Assembly (NCBI GenBank): GCA_030390025.1
Contig: JASTWF010000138.1
Coordinates: 558,001 to 622,000, forward strand
DNA: 64,000 bases
Direction: 5' to 3'
Source of the DNA: Squalus acanthias
Lineage: Eukaryota
The notes beneath the pieces were generated by a model. It was not told where the DNA came from. It saw nothing but the letters and a program-made list of their open reading frames with translations, and made no database searches. This document shows, one piece after another, positions 11,490-24,274 of the stretch. Within the stretch, counting starts at the first letter, position 1, and the number at the start of each line of letters is the position of its first letter. The translations under genes were made by a program, and so were the position numbers.

Positions 11490-13152
11490 ATACAGCACGA
11501 GGCAGAGTAAATCACCCTCTACACTGTCCCATCAAACACTCCCAGGGCAGGTACAGCAGGGGTTAGATAGAGAGTAAAGCTCCCTCTACACTGACTCATC
11601 AAACACTCCCAGGGCAGGCACAGCACGGGTTAGATACAGAATAAATATTGCTCTGCATTGTCCCATCAAACAATCCCAGGGCAGGTACAGCAGGGTTTAG
11701 ATACAGAGTAAAGCTCCCTCTACACTGTCCCATCAAACACTCCCAGGGCAGGTACAAAACGGGTTAGATACAGAGTAAAGCTCCCTAAACACTGTTCCAT
11801 CCAACAATCCCAGGGCAGGTACAGCAGGATTTAGATACAGAGTAAAGCTCCCTCTACACTGTCCCATCAAACACTCCCAGGGCAGGTACAGCACGGGTTA
11901 GATACAGAGTAAAGCTCCCTCTACACTGTCCCATCAAACACTCCCAGGGCAGGTACAGCACGGGTGAGATACAGAGTAAATCCCCCTCTACACTGTCCCA
12001 TCAAACACTCCCAGGGCAGGGACAGCACGGGTTAGATACAGAGTAAAGCTCCCTCTACACTGTCCCATCAAACACTCCCAGGACTAGGGGGCACAGATTT
12101 AAGGTTTTGGGCAAGAGATATGGGGGTGGGGGGGCGGGGGATGTGAGGAAAAACTTTTTTAAGCAGCGAATGGTGAGGAACTGGAATTCGCTGCCGATGG
12201 AAGTGGTGGAAGTGGAGACACTCAATATTTACAGGGGGAGACTGGATAGGCACTTGAGGGAAATAAACTTGCAGGGCTACGGGGATACAGCGGGGGAATG
12301 GGCCTGACTGGATTATTCTGCAGAGAGTCGGCACTGACTCGATGGGCCTAATGGCCGCCTTCTGTGCCGTTATGACTCGATGACTCTATGACAGGTACAG
12401 AACGGGTTAGATACAGAATAAAACTACCTCTACACTGTCCCATTAAACATTCCCAGGGCAGGGACAGCACGGGTTAGATACAGAGTAAAGCTCCCTCTAC
12501 ACTGACCCATCAAACACTCCCAGGGCAGGTACAGCACGGGTTAGATACAGAGTAAAGATCCCTCTACACTGTCCCATTAAACATTCCCAGGGCAGGTACA
12601 GCACGGGTTAGATACAGAGTAAAGCTCCCTCTACACTGTCCAATCACACACTCCCCGGGCAGGTACAGCACGGGTTAGATACAGAGTAATGCTCCCTCTA
12701 CACTGTTCCATCAAACACTCCCAGGGCAGGTACATCACGGGTTAGATACAGAGTAATGCTCCCTCTACACTGTTCCATCAAACACTCCCAGGGCAGGTAC
12801 AGCACGGGTTAGATACAGAGTAAAGCTCCCTGTACACTGTTCCATCAAACACTCCCAGGGCAGGTACATCACGGGTTAGATACAGAGTAAAGCTCCCTCT
12901 ACACTGTCCCATCACACACTCCCAGGACAGAATCAGCACGGGTTAGATACAGAGTAAAGCTCCCTCTACACTGACTCTCCAAACACTCCCAGGACAGGTA
13001 CAACATGGGTTAGATACAGAGTAAAGCTCCCTCTACACTGTCCCATCAAACACTCCCAGGACAGGTACAGCATGGGTTAGATACCGAATAAATCCTCCTC
13101 TACGCTGCCCCATCAAACACTCCCTGGACAGAATCAGCACGGGTTAGATATC
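11490..13152 (+). repeat. 67-bp tandem repeat, interrupted by a CR1 3' fragment at ~12081-12390
   Basis: Unit TACAGAGTAAAGCTCCCTCTACACTGTCCCATCAAACACTCCCAGGGCAGGTACAGCACGGGTTAGA; period 67 (e.g. 11833 to 11900). Confidence 0.93.
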
Positions 13153-13749
13153 TAACACATACCTTTTGTTTTGCTCCATTCTCTTGTACCATCTCCCTGA
13201 ACTCACTGAACATCACCCCAGGGATCCGCAGTGATCTTCAGACCTTTACTCCCTATTTCCCTGAACTTTCACTCCACGTCCTTCACCATCTCATCACATT
13301 GTTTCGGTGCCTCCCGGACACGGGAACATCTCCAGAAGTTTCTGGTCACACCCGACTATATTCCGGCATTTTCCTTCTGATGCGGCTCTGCTTTTCCTCT
13401 AAACTCATGCGCTCGATGGGTGAGCTCTCCTGTGGTCGAATAGCACATCTGTTTGAGGGAGGGAAAACATTAAACGGCTCGTCTGAAGGACTCGGAAGCA
13501 AGTTTCGGAATAGATGGAGTTAGTGCTTCAAATCTATCTCTGCCCCAATCTCTCTCCCTCCCCTCTATGCTACATTTACCATTAGCCACTATCGCTGTGT
13601 CTCCCTGGCCCCAGGCTCGGGGACACAGGCGACACAAACTGAGGCTCTTTATCGCTGAGCGAAGCCTGGAGACGGCCCGTGACAATCCCCGCGCTATGAC
13701 GTGCGCAAGGTATTGTGGCCTTCATCCACTGCAAGGCAAAGCGGCGGCG

Positions 13750-15453
13750 GCCATGATGGTGTGACGTGCAGTGTGCCGTGTTGTGTGACGTACAGTCGGT
13801 CATATTGTTATGACGTGTAGTCGGCCATGTTGATGTGACGTGCAGGCGGCCATGCTGGTGTGACGTGCAGGCGGCCATGTTTGTGTGACGTGCAGTCGGC
13901 CTTGTTTGTGTGACGTACAATCGGCAATGTTTGTTTGACATGCAGTCGGCCATGTTTTTGTGACGCGCAGTTGGCCATAAGAACATAAGAACATAAGAAA
14001 TACGACCAGGAGTAGGCCAATTGGCCCCTCGAGCCTGCTCCGCCATTTAATACGATCATGGCTGATCTTCTACCTCAATTCCACTTTCCTGCACTATCCC
14101 CATATCCCTTGATTACATTCATATCCAAAAAATCTATCGATCTCTGTCTTGAATATAATCAACGACTGAGCCTCCACAGCCCTCTGGGGCAGAGAATTCC
14201 AAAGATTCACCACCCTCTGAGTGAAAAAATTTCTCCTGATCTCAGCCCTAAATGGCCGTCCCTTTATCTTGAGACTGTGACCCCTGGTTCTAGACTCCCC
14301 AGCCAGGGGAAACATCCTCCCTTCATCTACCCTGTCAAGCCTTGTTGTATGTTCCAATGAGATCACCTCTCATTCTTCTAAACTCTAGAGAATAAAGACC
14401 TAGTCTACTCAATCTCTCCTCAACCCCGGAATCAGTCTGGTGAACCTTCGTTGCACTCCCTCTATGTCTTCCTTAGGTAAGGAGACCAAAACTGTACACA
14501 ATACTCCAGGTGTGGTCGCACCAGGGCCCTATGTAATTGCAGTACGACGTCTTTACTCTTATACTCAAATCCTTTTGTAATAAAGGCCAACATACCATTT
14601 GCTTTCCTAATTGCTTGCTGTACCTGCATGTTAATTTTCAGTGATTTGTGTACAAGGACACCCAGGTCCCTCTGAACACCAACATTTCCCAATCTCTCAC
14701 CATTTAAAAACTACTCTGCTTTTCTATTTTTCCTACCAAAGTGGAAAACTTAACATTTCTCCACATTATATTCCATTTCCCATGTTCTTACCCATTCACT
14801 TAGCCTGTGTATATCCCCTTGAAGCCTCTTTGCATCCTCCTCGCTACTTACATTCCCACCAAGCTTTGTACCATCAGCAAACTTGGATATATTACATTTG
14901 GTCCCCTCAACCAAATCATTGATATAGATTGTGAATAGCTGAGGCCCAAGCACTGATCCTTGCGGTATCCCACTAGTTACAGCCTGCCAACCCGAAAATG
15001 ACCCGTTTATTCCTGCACTCTGTTTTCTGTCCATTAACGAATCCTCAATTCATGCTAGTATATTACCCCCAATCCCATGAGTCCTTTATTTGTTTAATAA
15101 TCTCTTGTGTGGCACCTTATCGAATGCCTTCTGAAAATCCAAATACACCACATTCACTGGCTCCCCCTTATCTATTCTCTTGTCTCAGCCTGCAAGGGAC
15201 CCATATTTAGTTTCGCTAATCTTTTCCTTTACACTTACCTATAGAAGCTTTTATAGTCTGTTTTTATGTCTCTCGCTAGTTTACTCTCACATTCTATTTT
15301 CCCTTTCTTTATTAATCCTCCTTTGCTTAATTCTAAAATCCTTCCAATCCTCAGGCTTACTTCTCTTTTTGGTGTGATGTGCAGTCGGCCATTTTGGTGT
15401 GACGTGCAGTCGGCCATGTTTGTGTGAGGTGCAGGCGGCCATGTTTGTGTGAC
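13750..15453. repeat. 25-bp tandem repeat (TGACGTGCAGTCGGCCATGTTTGTG) split by a CR1 insertion
   Basis: Units at 13750-13977 and again at 15371-15453. Confidence 0.8.
13977..15370 (-). mobile_element. CR1 LINE, deleted and truncated
   Basis: Minus-strand ORFs 14094-14366, 14462-14692 and 14750-15034 (GIPQGSVLGP, FADGTK); (TTCTTATG)n tail at the left end. Confidence 0.88.
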
Positions 15454-17675
15454 GAAAGACGCTGCGCATGTCTGCCGTTTATTTAAATAATACAGCTCGA
15501 TTGAAAGGAAGAGCGACTTTAGTTTCCATCATCATGAGGGGTCTAGACAGAGTAGATGGAGAGAAACTGTTCCAATTGATGGAAGAGCTGTTTCGTTTGG
15601 ACGGGCTTCACTTGAACCATGCTGGGGCTAGAGTCCTGGCGAATCGAATAACTAGGGCTGTCGAGAGGGCTTTAAAGTAAATAGTGGGGGAAGGGTCCAG
15701 GTGAGCGGGAATTTAAAAAGTCAATGAGAAATGAGAAAGCAATAGAGCAGGATAGAGATAGGGGAAATAATAACCAGAGTGTGACAGGAAGGGACAGAAT
15801 GTTTAAAAATAAGAGTACAACAGAAAATGGGGCCAAAACAAGGAGAAATGGTAAAAAGACTAAGTTAAAAGCTCTATATCTGAATGCATGCAGTATTCGT
15901 AACAAGATAGATGAGTTGACAGCACAAAAGGTACAAATGGGTATGATCTGATCGCCGTTACAGAGACGTGGTTGCAAGGTGATCAGGGCTGGGAACTGAA
16001 TATTCCAGGGTATTTGACAATTCGGAAGGATAGACAGAAAGGAAAGGGAGGTGGGGTGGCTTTGTTGGTAAAGGATGAGATCAGTGCAGTGTTGAGAAGT
16101 GATATTGGCTCAGAAGATGAAGATATAGAATCGGTTTGGGTGGAGATAAAACATAATAAAGTGGAAAGGTCTCTGGTGGGCGTAGTCTACAGGCCCCCGA
16201 ACAATTGCAATACTGTTGGATACAGTATAAATCAACAAATAATAGAGGCCTGTAAAAAGGGTACGGTAATAATCATGGGTGATTTTAATCTCCATATTGA
16301 TTAGACAAATCAAATTGGCCATGGTAGCCTTGAGGAGGAGTTCATAGAGTGCATCCGGGATGGTTTCCTAGAACAATATGTAATGGAACCAACCAGGGAG
16401 CAGGCTATCTTGGATCTGGTACTGTGTAATGAGACAGAATTAATAAATGATCTCATAGTAAAGGATCCTCTAGCATGGTTGAATTTCAAATTCAGTTGGA
16501 GGGTGAGAAAGTTGTATCTCAAACCAGTGTCCTGATCTTAAACAAAGGCAATTACAGTGGCATGAGGGCAGAACTGGCTAAAGTGGACAGGAAAAATAAA
16601 TTAAAGGGTAAGACAGTTGAAATGCAGTGGCGGACATTTAAGGAGATATTTTATAACTCTCAACAAAAATATATTCCAGTGAGAAAGAAAGATTTTAAGA
16701 GAAGGGAGCACCATCCGTGGCTAACTAAGGAAGTAAAGGATGGTATCAAATTGAAAACGAAGGCAGACAATTTTGCCAAGATTGGTGGGAAACCAGAGGA
16801 TTGGAAAAATTTTAAAAACCAGCAAAGGATGACGAAAAAAATAATAAAGAGAGAGAAGATGAATTATGAGAGTAAACTGGCAAGAAATATTAAAATAGAT
16901 AGTAAGTGCTTCAACAGGTATATAAAAAGGGAGAGGGTCGCCAAAGTAAACGTTGGTCCCTTAGAGGATGAGACTGGGGAATCAATAATGGGGAACGGGG
17001 AAATGGCAGAGACTCTGAACAAATATTTTGTATCGATCTTCACGGTAGAAGACACTGACAACATCCCAATAATGGATAATCAAGGGGCCACAGGGAGGGG
17101 GGAACTAAATACAATCACTATCACTAAGGAAATAGTACTTGGTAAAATAATGGGACTAAGAGATGACAAGTCCCCTTCACCAGATGGCCTGCATCCCAGG
17201 GTCTTAAAAGAAGTGGCTGCAGCGATAGTGGATGCATTGGTTGCAATACACCAAATTTCCCTGGACTCTGGAGAGGTCCCAGCGGATTGGAAAACCGCAA
17301 ATGTAACACCACTATTTAAGAAAGGAGGGAGACAGAAAGCAGGAAACTATAGACCAGTTAGCCTAACATCTGTCGTTGGGAAAATGCTGGAGTCCTTCAT
17401 TAAGGAAGCAGTAGCAGGGCATTTGGAAAATCATAATGCAGTCAAGCAGAGTCAGCATGGTTATATGAAAGGAAAATCATGTTTAACAAACTTGCTGGAG
17501 TTCTTTGAGGAGGTAATGAGCAGGGTGGACAAAGGTGAACCAGTGGATGTGGTGTATTTGGATTTCCAGAAGGCATTCGATAAGGTGCCACATAAAAGGT
17601 TACTGCATAAGATAAGAGTTCACGGAATTGGGGGTAATATCTTAGCATGGATAGAGAATTGGCTAACTAAAAGAA

Positions 17676-17917
17676 TCATGATGCGGAGATGCCGGCGTTG
17701 GACTGGGGTGGACAAAAATGAGAAGTCGCACAACACCAGGTTATAGTCCAACAGATTTATTTAAAATTACAAGCTTTCGGAGCTGTCGCCCCTTCCTCAG
17801 GTAAGTTACAATGTAACTCATTGTAACTTACCTGAGGAAGGGGCGACAGCTCCGAAAGCTTGTAATTTTAAATAAATCTGTTGGACTATTACCTGATGTT
17901 GTGCGACTTCTCATTTT
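17676..17917. mobile_element. Palindromic Penelope-like terminal-repeat insertion inside CR1
   Basis: Near-perfect ~100-bp inverted arms 17714-17813 / 17819-17918; flanking direct repeat TAACTAAAAGAA at 17664-17675 and 17918-17929. Confidence 0.8.
17828..17865 (+). ncRNA. Minimal type-I hammerhead ribozyme motif (mirror copy on - strand at 17767-17804)
   Basis: TTAC-CTGAGGA-A-GGGGC-GACA-GCTCC-GAAA-GC-TT-GTAA: CUGANGA and GAAA cores, stem II GGGGC/GCUCC, stem I UUAC/GUAA, palindromic AGCU stem III. Confidence 0.7.
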
Positions 17918-19950
17918 TAACTAAAAGAAAGCAGAGAGTCGGGATAAATGGGTCATTTACCGGTTGGCAAACGGTAACTAGTGGGGTGCCACAGGGATCG
18001 GTGCTGGGGCCTCCACTATTTACAATCTACATTAATGACTTGGATGAAGGGACCGAGTGTAATGTAGCCAAGTTTGCGGATGATACAAAGATAGGTGGGA
18101 AAGCAAGTTGTGCAGAGGACACAAAGAACCTGCAAAGGGATATAGACAGGCTAAGTGAGTGGGCAAACATTTGGCAGATGGAGTATAATGTGGGAAAGTG
18201 CGAGGTTATCCACTTTGGCAGGAAAAATTAAAAAGCAAATTATTATTTAAACGGAGAGAGATTACAAAATGCTACAGTTCAGAGGGACCTGGGGGTCCTT
18301 GTGCATGAAACACAAAAAGTTAGCATGCAGGGACAGCAAGTAATCAAAAAGGCAAATGGAATGTTGGCCTTTATTTCAAAGGCGTTGGAGTATAAAAGCA
18401 GGGAAGTCCTGCTACAACTGTACAGGGTATTGGTGAGACCACACCTTGAGTGCTGCGTACAGTTTTGGTCTCCATATTTAAGGAAGGATATACTTACATT
18501 GGAGGCAGTTCATAGACGATTCACTAGGTTTATTCCAGAGATGAGGGGCTGACTTATGAGGAATGGTTGAGCAGGCTGGGCCTACACTCATTGGAATTTA
18601 GAAGAATGAGAGGTGATCTTATTGAAACGTATAAGATACTGAGGGGGCTCGACAAGGTAGATGCAGAGAGGATGTTTCCCCTCGTAGGGAAATCTAGAAC
18701 GCGGGGGCACAGTTTTAGAATAAAGGGTCGCCCTTTTAGAACTGAGATGAGGTGGAATTTCTTCTCTCAGAGGGTCGTAAATCTGTGGAATTCTCTGCCC
18801 CAGAGAGCTGTGGAGGCGGGGTCATTAAATACATTTAAGGTGGAGATAGCCAAATTTTTGCAAGATAAGGGAGTGAAGGGTTATGCGGAGCGGGCGGGGA
18901 AGTGGCTTTGAGCCCAAAAAGCCATGATCTATGAATGGCGGAGCAGGCTCGAGGGGCCAAGTAGCCTATTCCTGCTCCTAGTTCTTATGTTCTTATGTAA
19001 CCAGAGGACACATATCGAAGGTGGTTGGCAGAAGAACCAAAGGCCACATGAGGAAAAACTTTTTTTACTCAGCGAGTGGTTAGGATCTGGAATGGACTGC
19101 CTGGAAGGATGGTGGAGACAGAATCAATCGTGGCTTTCAAAAGGGAATTGGATAAATACCTGAAGGGAAAGATTTTGCAGCGCTACGGGAAAGGGCGGGG
19201 AGTGGGAGTAGCTGAAGTGCTCTTGCAGAGACCCGGCACGGGCCCGACGGGCCGAATGGACTCCTTCTGTGCTGTAACCATCCTATGATTCAATAATTAG
19301 CGCTCCCTCTTAATCGATAAAAGTGGAAGTCTGGCGCGCGCGAGAATTAAAACGTCGTTAAAGCCGTTGGTTAACTGCGAATGTGCGAACATTTCCCCCA
19401 GATTGCAGCGCGGCCCGTGTCACAATGGGGCTATTCTCTGCCGCTGTGAATTGTGGGAGCCGCAGCACTCCATGGCCGAGTCATTAACTCAGTGAATCCA
19501 AATCCAACCTCCCTTCAGCCGGGAGCTGCCCGGGATGTTGGCCCGGGATGTTGGTCCTGTTGAGCGGGGCGAATCTCTGAACAGACCGGACGCCGAATCC
19601 GGGAAATCCCAGGAGGTGGTGACCGCTCATCAACCCAATCAGTGAAAGACGGATTGATCCAAAGATAAGAAGAGAATAAACTCTACTGGTCCTTGTGGAA
19701 ACAGGCAGACAATAAATTTAACCCCAAGGGAGAAATATCAGATGGCAAAGATACTTATGGAGATATAAACAATTCTTTACACAGGAGGCGGGAATGTGGA
19801 ATAGTTGCATGAATTATTGTAACAAGTGTATTAGATCGGAGACTCGAAAGAGAGGAATATTAAAGGGTGTCAGCTGTGGCTCAGTTGGTAGCACACTCGC
19901 CTCTGAGTCAGAAGGTTGTGGGTTCAAAGTCCCACTCCAGGGACTTGAGC

Positions 19951-22900
19951 TTCTTCTCTTCTTAGGCAGCCCCTCGGAACCGAGGATGACGCTCCCACAC
20001 TAAAAATGAGTTCTCTTGTGACTGATGAGTCCAATGCGGGACCTACAGTCTCTGTCACAGGTGGGGCAGAAGGTGGTTCAAGCTTCGATGCTGGGGATAC
20101 TGGCCTGAGCAAGAACACTGACGTTGGTGCGCCTATCCTGCCAATGGATTTGCAGGATCTTGAGGAGGCAGCGTTGGTGGTACCTCTCCAGTGCTTTGAG
20201 GTGCCTGCTGTACATGGTCCATATCTCTGAGGCATACAGGAGGGCGGGTATCACTACTGCTCTGTAGACCATGAGCTTGGTGCTGGGTTTGACGTCCTGG
20301 TCTTCAAACGCTCTCTTCCTCAGGCGATCGAAGGCAGCACTGGCACACTGAAGGCGGTGTTGGACTTCGTCATCGACCTCTGCCCTTGTTGACAGTAGGA
20401 TCCCGAGGTATGGAAAGTGGTCCACGTTGTCCAAGGCCTCGTAATGGATTTTGATAATTGGGGAGCAGTACTATGTGGCGGGGGCAGGTTGGTGGAGGGA
20501 TTGAAGGCCGATAAATCCCCAGGGCCTGATAATCTACATCCTAGGGTACTTAAGGAAGTGGCCCTAGAAATAGTAGATGCATTGCTGATCATCTTCCAAA
20601 ATTCTATATACTCTGGAACAGTACCCATGGATTGGAGGGTAGCTAATGTTACCCCACTATTCAAAAAAGGTGGTGGAGAGAAAACGGGGAATTATAGACC
20701 GGTAAGCCTGACATCGGTAGTGGGGAAAATGCTAGAGTTCATTATAAAAGATGTAATAGCAGAGCACTTGGAAAACAGTGACAGGATCGGACAAAGTCAA
20801 CATGCATTTACAAAAGGTAAATCGTGCTTGACTAATCTACTGGAATTTTTTGAGGATGTAACTGGTAAAATAGATAAGGGCGAACCAGTGGATGTGGTGT
20901 ATTTGGACTTTCAGAAGGCTTTCGATAAGGTCCCGCATAAGAGATTAGCGTGTAAAGTTAAGGCACATGGTATTGGGGGCAAGGTATTGACTTGGATAGA
21001 GAACTGGTTGACAGACAGAAAGCAAAGAGTTGGAATAAATGGGTCTTTTTCCGAGTTGCAGGCAGTGACTAGTGGGGTACCGCAGGGATCGGTCCTAGGA
21101 CCCCAGCTATTCACAATATATATTAATGATCTAGAGGAGGGAATTGGATGTAATATCTCCAAGTTTGCAGACGACACAAAGCTGGTTAGAAGTGTGTGCC
21201 GTGAGGAGGATGCCGAGAAACTCCAGTATGATTTGGACAGGTTGGGTGATTGGGCAGAAGCATGGCAGATGCAATATAATGTGGATAAATACGAGGTTAT
21301 CCACTTTGGTGTCAAAAACAGAAAGGCAGATTATTATCTGAATGGCAATAGATTGGGAGAAGGGGAAGTGCAACGAGACCTGGGTGTCCTTGTGTACCAG
21401 TCGCTGAAGGTAAGCATGCAGGTGCAGCAGGCGGTTTAGAAGGCAAATGGCATGTTGGCCTTCGTAGCGAAAGGTTTCGAGTACAGGAACAGGGATGTCT
21501 TGCTGCAGTTGTAGTCGCCTTATCTGAGGAAGGATGTTCTTGCCAAGGAGGGAGTGCAGCGAAGATTCACCAGGCTGATACCTGGGATGGCAGGAATGAC
21601 GTATGAGGAGAGATTCGGTCGATTGGGCTTATACTCGCTGGAGTTTAGAAGAATGAGAGGGGATCTCATTGAAACTTATAACATTCTAACAGGGTGGGCA
21701 GAAGCGTGGCAGATGCAATATAACGTGGATAAATGCGAGGTTATCCACTTTGGTGTCAAAAACAGAAAGGCAGATTATTATCTGAATGGCAATAGATTGG
21801 GAGAAGGGGAAGTGCAAGGAGACCTGGGTGTCCTTGTGCAACAGTCGCTGAAGGTAAGCATGCAGGTGCAGCAGGCGGTTAAGAAGGCAAATGGTATGTT
21901 GGCCTTCATAGCGAGAGGGTTTGAGTACAGGAACAAGGATGTCTTGCTGCAGTTGTACAGGGCCTTGGTGAGACCACACCTTGAGTACTGTGTGCAGTTT
22001 TGGTCGCCTTATCTGAGGAAGGATGTTCTTTCCATGGAAGGAGTTCAGCGAAGATTCTCAAGGCTGATACCTGGGATGGCAGGAATGACGTATGAAGAGA
22101 GATTGGGTCGATTGGGCTTATACTCGCTGGAGTTTAGAAGAATGAGAGGGGATCTCATTGAAACTTATAAAATTCTGACAGGACAGGACAAACTAGATGC
22201 AGGAAGGATGTTCCCGATGGCCGGGGAGTCCAGAACCAGGGGTCACAGTCTAAGGATAAGGGGTAAGCCATTTAGGACAGAAATGAGGAGGAATTTCTTC
22301 ACCCAGAGAGTGGTGAACCTGTGGAATTCTCTGCCACAGAAGGCAGTAGAGGCCAATTCATTATATAGATTCAAGAAGGAGTTGGATATATTTCTTAAGG
22401 CTAAAGGGATCAAGGGATATGGGGAGAAAGCAGGGACCGGGTACTGAATTTGGATGATCAGCCATGATCGCATTGAATGGCAGAGCAGGCTAGAGGGGCC
22501 GAATGGCCTATTCCTGCTCCTATCTTCTATGATTCTATAATTCTATGACTAGACAGACTAGATGCAGGAAGGATGTTCCCGATGGCCGGGGAGTCCAGAA
22601 CCAGGGGTCACAGTCTAAGCATAAGGGGTAAGCCATTTAGGACTGAGATGAGGAGGAATTTCTTCACCCAGAGAGTGGTGAACCTGTGGAATTCTCTACC
22701 ACAGAAGGCAGTAGAGGCCAATTCATTAAATATATTCAAGAAGGAGTTAGATATATTTCTTAAAGCTCAAGGGATCAAGGGATATGGGGAGAAGGCAGGG
22801 ACAGGGTACTGAATTTGGATGATCAGCCATGATTTCATTGAATGGCAGAGCAGGCTCGAGGGCTGAATGGCCTACTCCTGCTCCTATCTTCTATGTTTCT

Positions 22901-23045
22901 ATATTTCTATGTTTTTTCATACGGATGTTTAGTGTAAGGCCTATGCTCTCGTACGCTTCGGTGAAGGTGTTGACGATGGTTTGGAGTTCGACCTCAGAGT
23001 GTGCGCAGACGCAAGCGTCGTCTGCATACTGCAATTCGATGACAG
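19951..23045 (-). mobile_element. RTE-clade LINE fragment (19951-~20498 and ~22915-23045)
   Basis: ELQYADDACVCAHSE...GLTLNI (ORF 22891-23106) and VDHFPYLG...VYRAVVIPALLYASEIW (ORF 20078-20434). Confidence 0.85.
20499..22914 (+). mobile_element. CR1 LINE with internal and 3'-end duplications
   Basis: ORFs 20417-21439, 21554-22447 and 22573-22812; the WAEAWQMQYNV segment and the 3' end each occur twice. Confidence 0.9.
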
Positions 23046-23618
23046 AGGGACTTGAGCACATAAAGCTAGACTGACATTCCAGTGCAGTGCTGAGGGAGTG
23101 CTGCACTGTCGGAGGTGCCGTCTTTCAGAAGAGACGTTAAAGCGAGGCCCCGTCTGCTATCTCAGGCGGAAGTAAAATATCCCCTGTGTCCTGAGCAATA
23201 TTTATCCCTCAACCAACATAACAAAAACACAGCGCGTACTCACCCGTGGAGACCCGAATTTCTGGCCCAGTGTTTCAAGTCAGCATCAAATCCCCCGGTA
23301 CTCGGTGAGATGGGGGGACATTAGTTACACGGCGGGGACCGCGGTTCGCGGTTCCAGCTGTTAGAACAGGATCCCATCTCGTGTTCTGGACTTGTAACTG
23401 GGATCACTCATTCCCAATCGCCATTCATTGAAACCAATCCCGGGAAAGGCGTCACCGCCCGCACACACTCAGCATTTACAAAACACAAGGTGTTAACTGC
23501 AATAATCCAACCTGATTATAATCTAGACTGTGGGGCAGACGGTGCGAGGCTGAACTGTGGGTTTTAAAGGCAGATTAACTCAGCTTTTTCATTTGTTTCT
23601 GTGACAATCTGCAGTGAG

Positions 23619-23656
23619 AGTTTTTGTATCGCGGGAAGCCGAGGCCTATCACTGTG
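23619..23656 (-). other. RSS of NAR-TCR-type V (22-bp spacer)
   Basis: CACAGTG (23656-23650), 22 nt, ACAAAAACT (23627-23619). Confidence 0.92.
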
Positions 23657-24137
23657 TAGTTACCGTACCTGTACTCAGCTTTACAGTAATAGGTGGCGCT
23701 GTCTTCAACTCGCACATCCCGAATTTCCAACGAAAATATCTTTTCTGCCTTATTAGTCGACACAACAAATCGCCCTCCGCTCGAGATCCGCTCCCGCTCC
23801 GTCCCGGTCCGGGTTTGTCTGAAGAAATCCCCACTCTCTAAAGACGAGCGTAAAAACCACCATAGAAAACGCAGGTGATGGTGAGAGACTGACACTCCTC
23901 CCTGGCCACCGCTAACGGGGTCTGTACCACTGACTGACTGAAAGAGCCTGGAAATTAAACAGCGAGAGTTTAATGGGCCATCAGAGCCGAACCACACAAC
24001 GGGGCTAAAACCCAGACAATGTCCGCAATTCGGATGGACCCGGGCAGCTTTATATTAAATCCAAACAATGTCGGTTTGTTTGAACGGTACTCACGGGATA
24101 AACAGACACACAGGGTGAAAACAGTGAGGATTCCCAT
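23657..24137 (-). pseudogene. NAR-TCR-type V segment (leader exon 24137-24095, V exon 23947-23657), frameshifted in CDR1
   Basis: Leader MGILTVFTLCVCLS|GTGAG. V exon frame 1 reads RSFSQSVVQTPLAVAREECQSLTITCVFYGGFYARL*; it continues in another frame SSLESGDFFRQTRTGTERERISSGGRFVVSTNKAEKIFSLEIRDVRVEDSATYYCKA. IgNAR-like short CDR2 region (ISSGGRF), extra FR1 Cys, TATAAA about 25 nt upstream of the ATG. Confidence 0.85.
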
Positions 24138-24274
24138 CGTTCTGCTGCCGGGAGCTGATGGTTTATATGATGGGAAGCTGGAGACTGCAGCCCTGGACTG
24201 CTCTGGGAGACTATACCTCAGTGCTGGACTGAAATACTTTAGTGGGGTCGAGTTGATTAGCACAGGGCAGTCAT

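Larger units (their letters stand above)
15590..18997 (+). mobile_element. CR1 LINE, near-complete ORF2 (endonuclease + RT) with disablements
   Basis: LYLNACSI and IIMGDFN endonuclease motifs; 423-aa ORF 16475-17746 with YRPVSLTS and [11 protein letters not shown]; FADDTK; 3' tail. Confidence 0.92.
19871..23230 (+). mobile_element. tRNA-derived SINE split by a nested RTE LINE, itself split by CR1
   Basis: A-box TGGCTCAGTTGG and B-box GGTTCAAAGTCCC at 19877-19933; SINE body resumes at 23058; 12-bp TSD AGGGACTTGAGC at 19939-19950 and 23046-23057. Confidence 0.82.
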
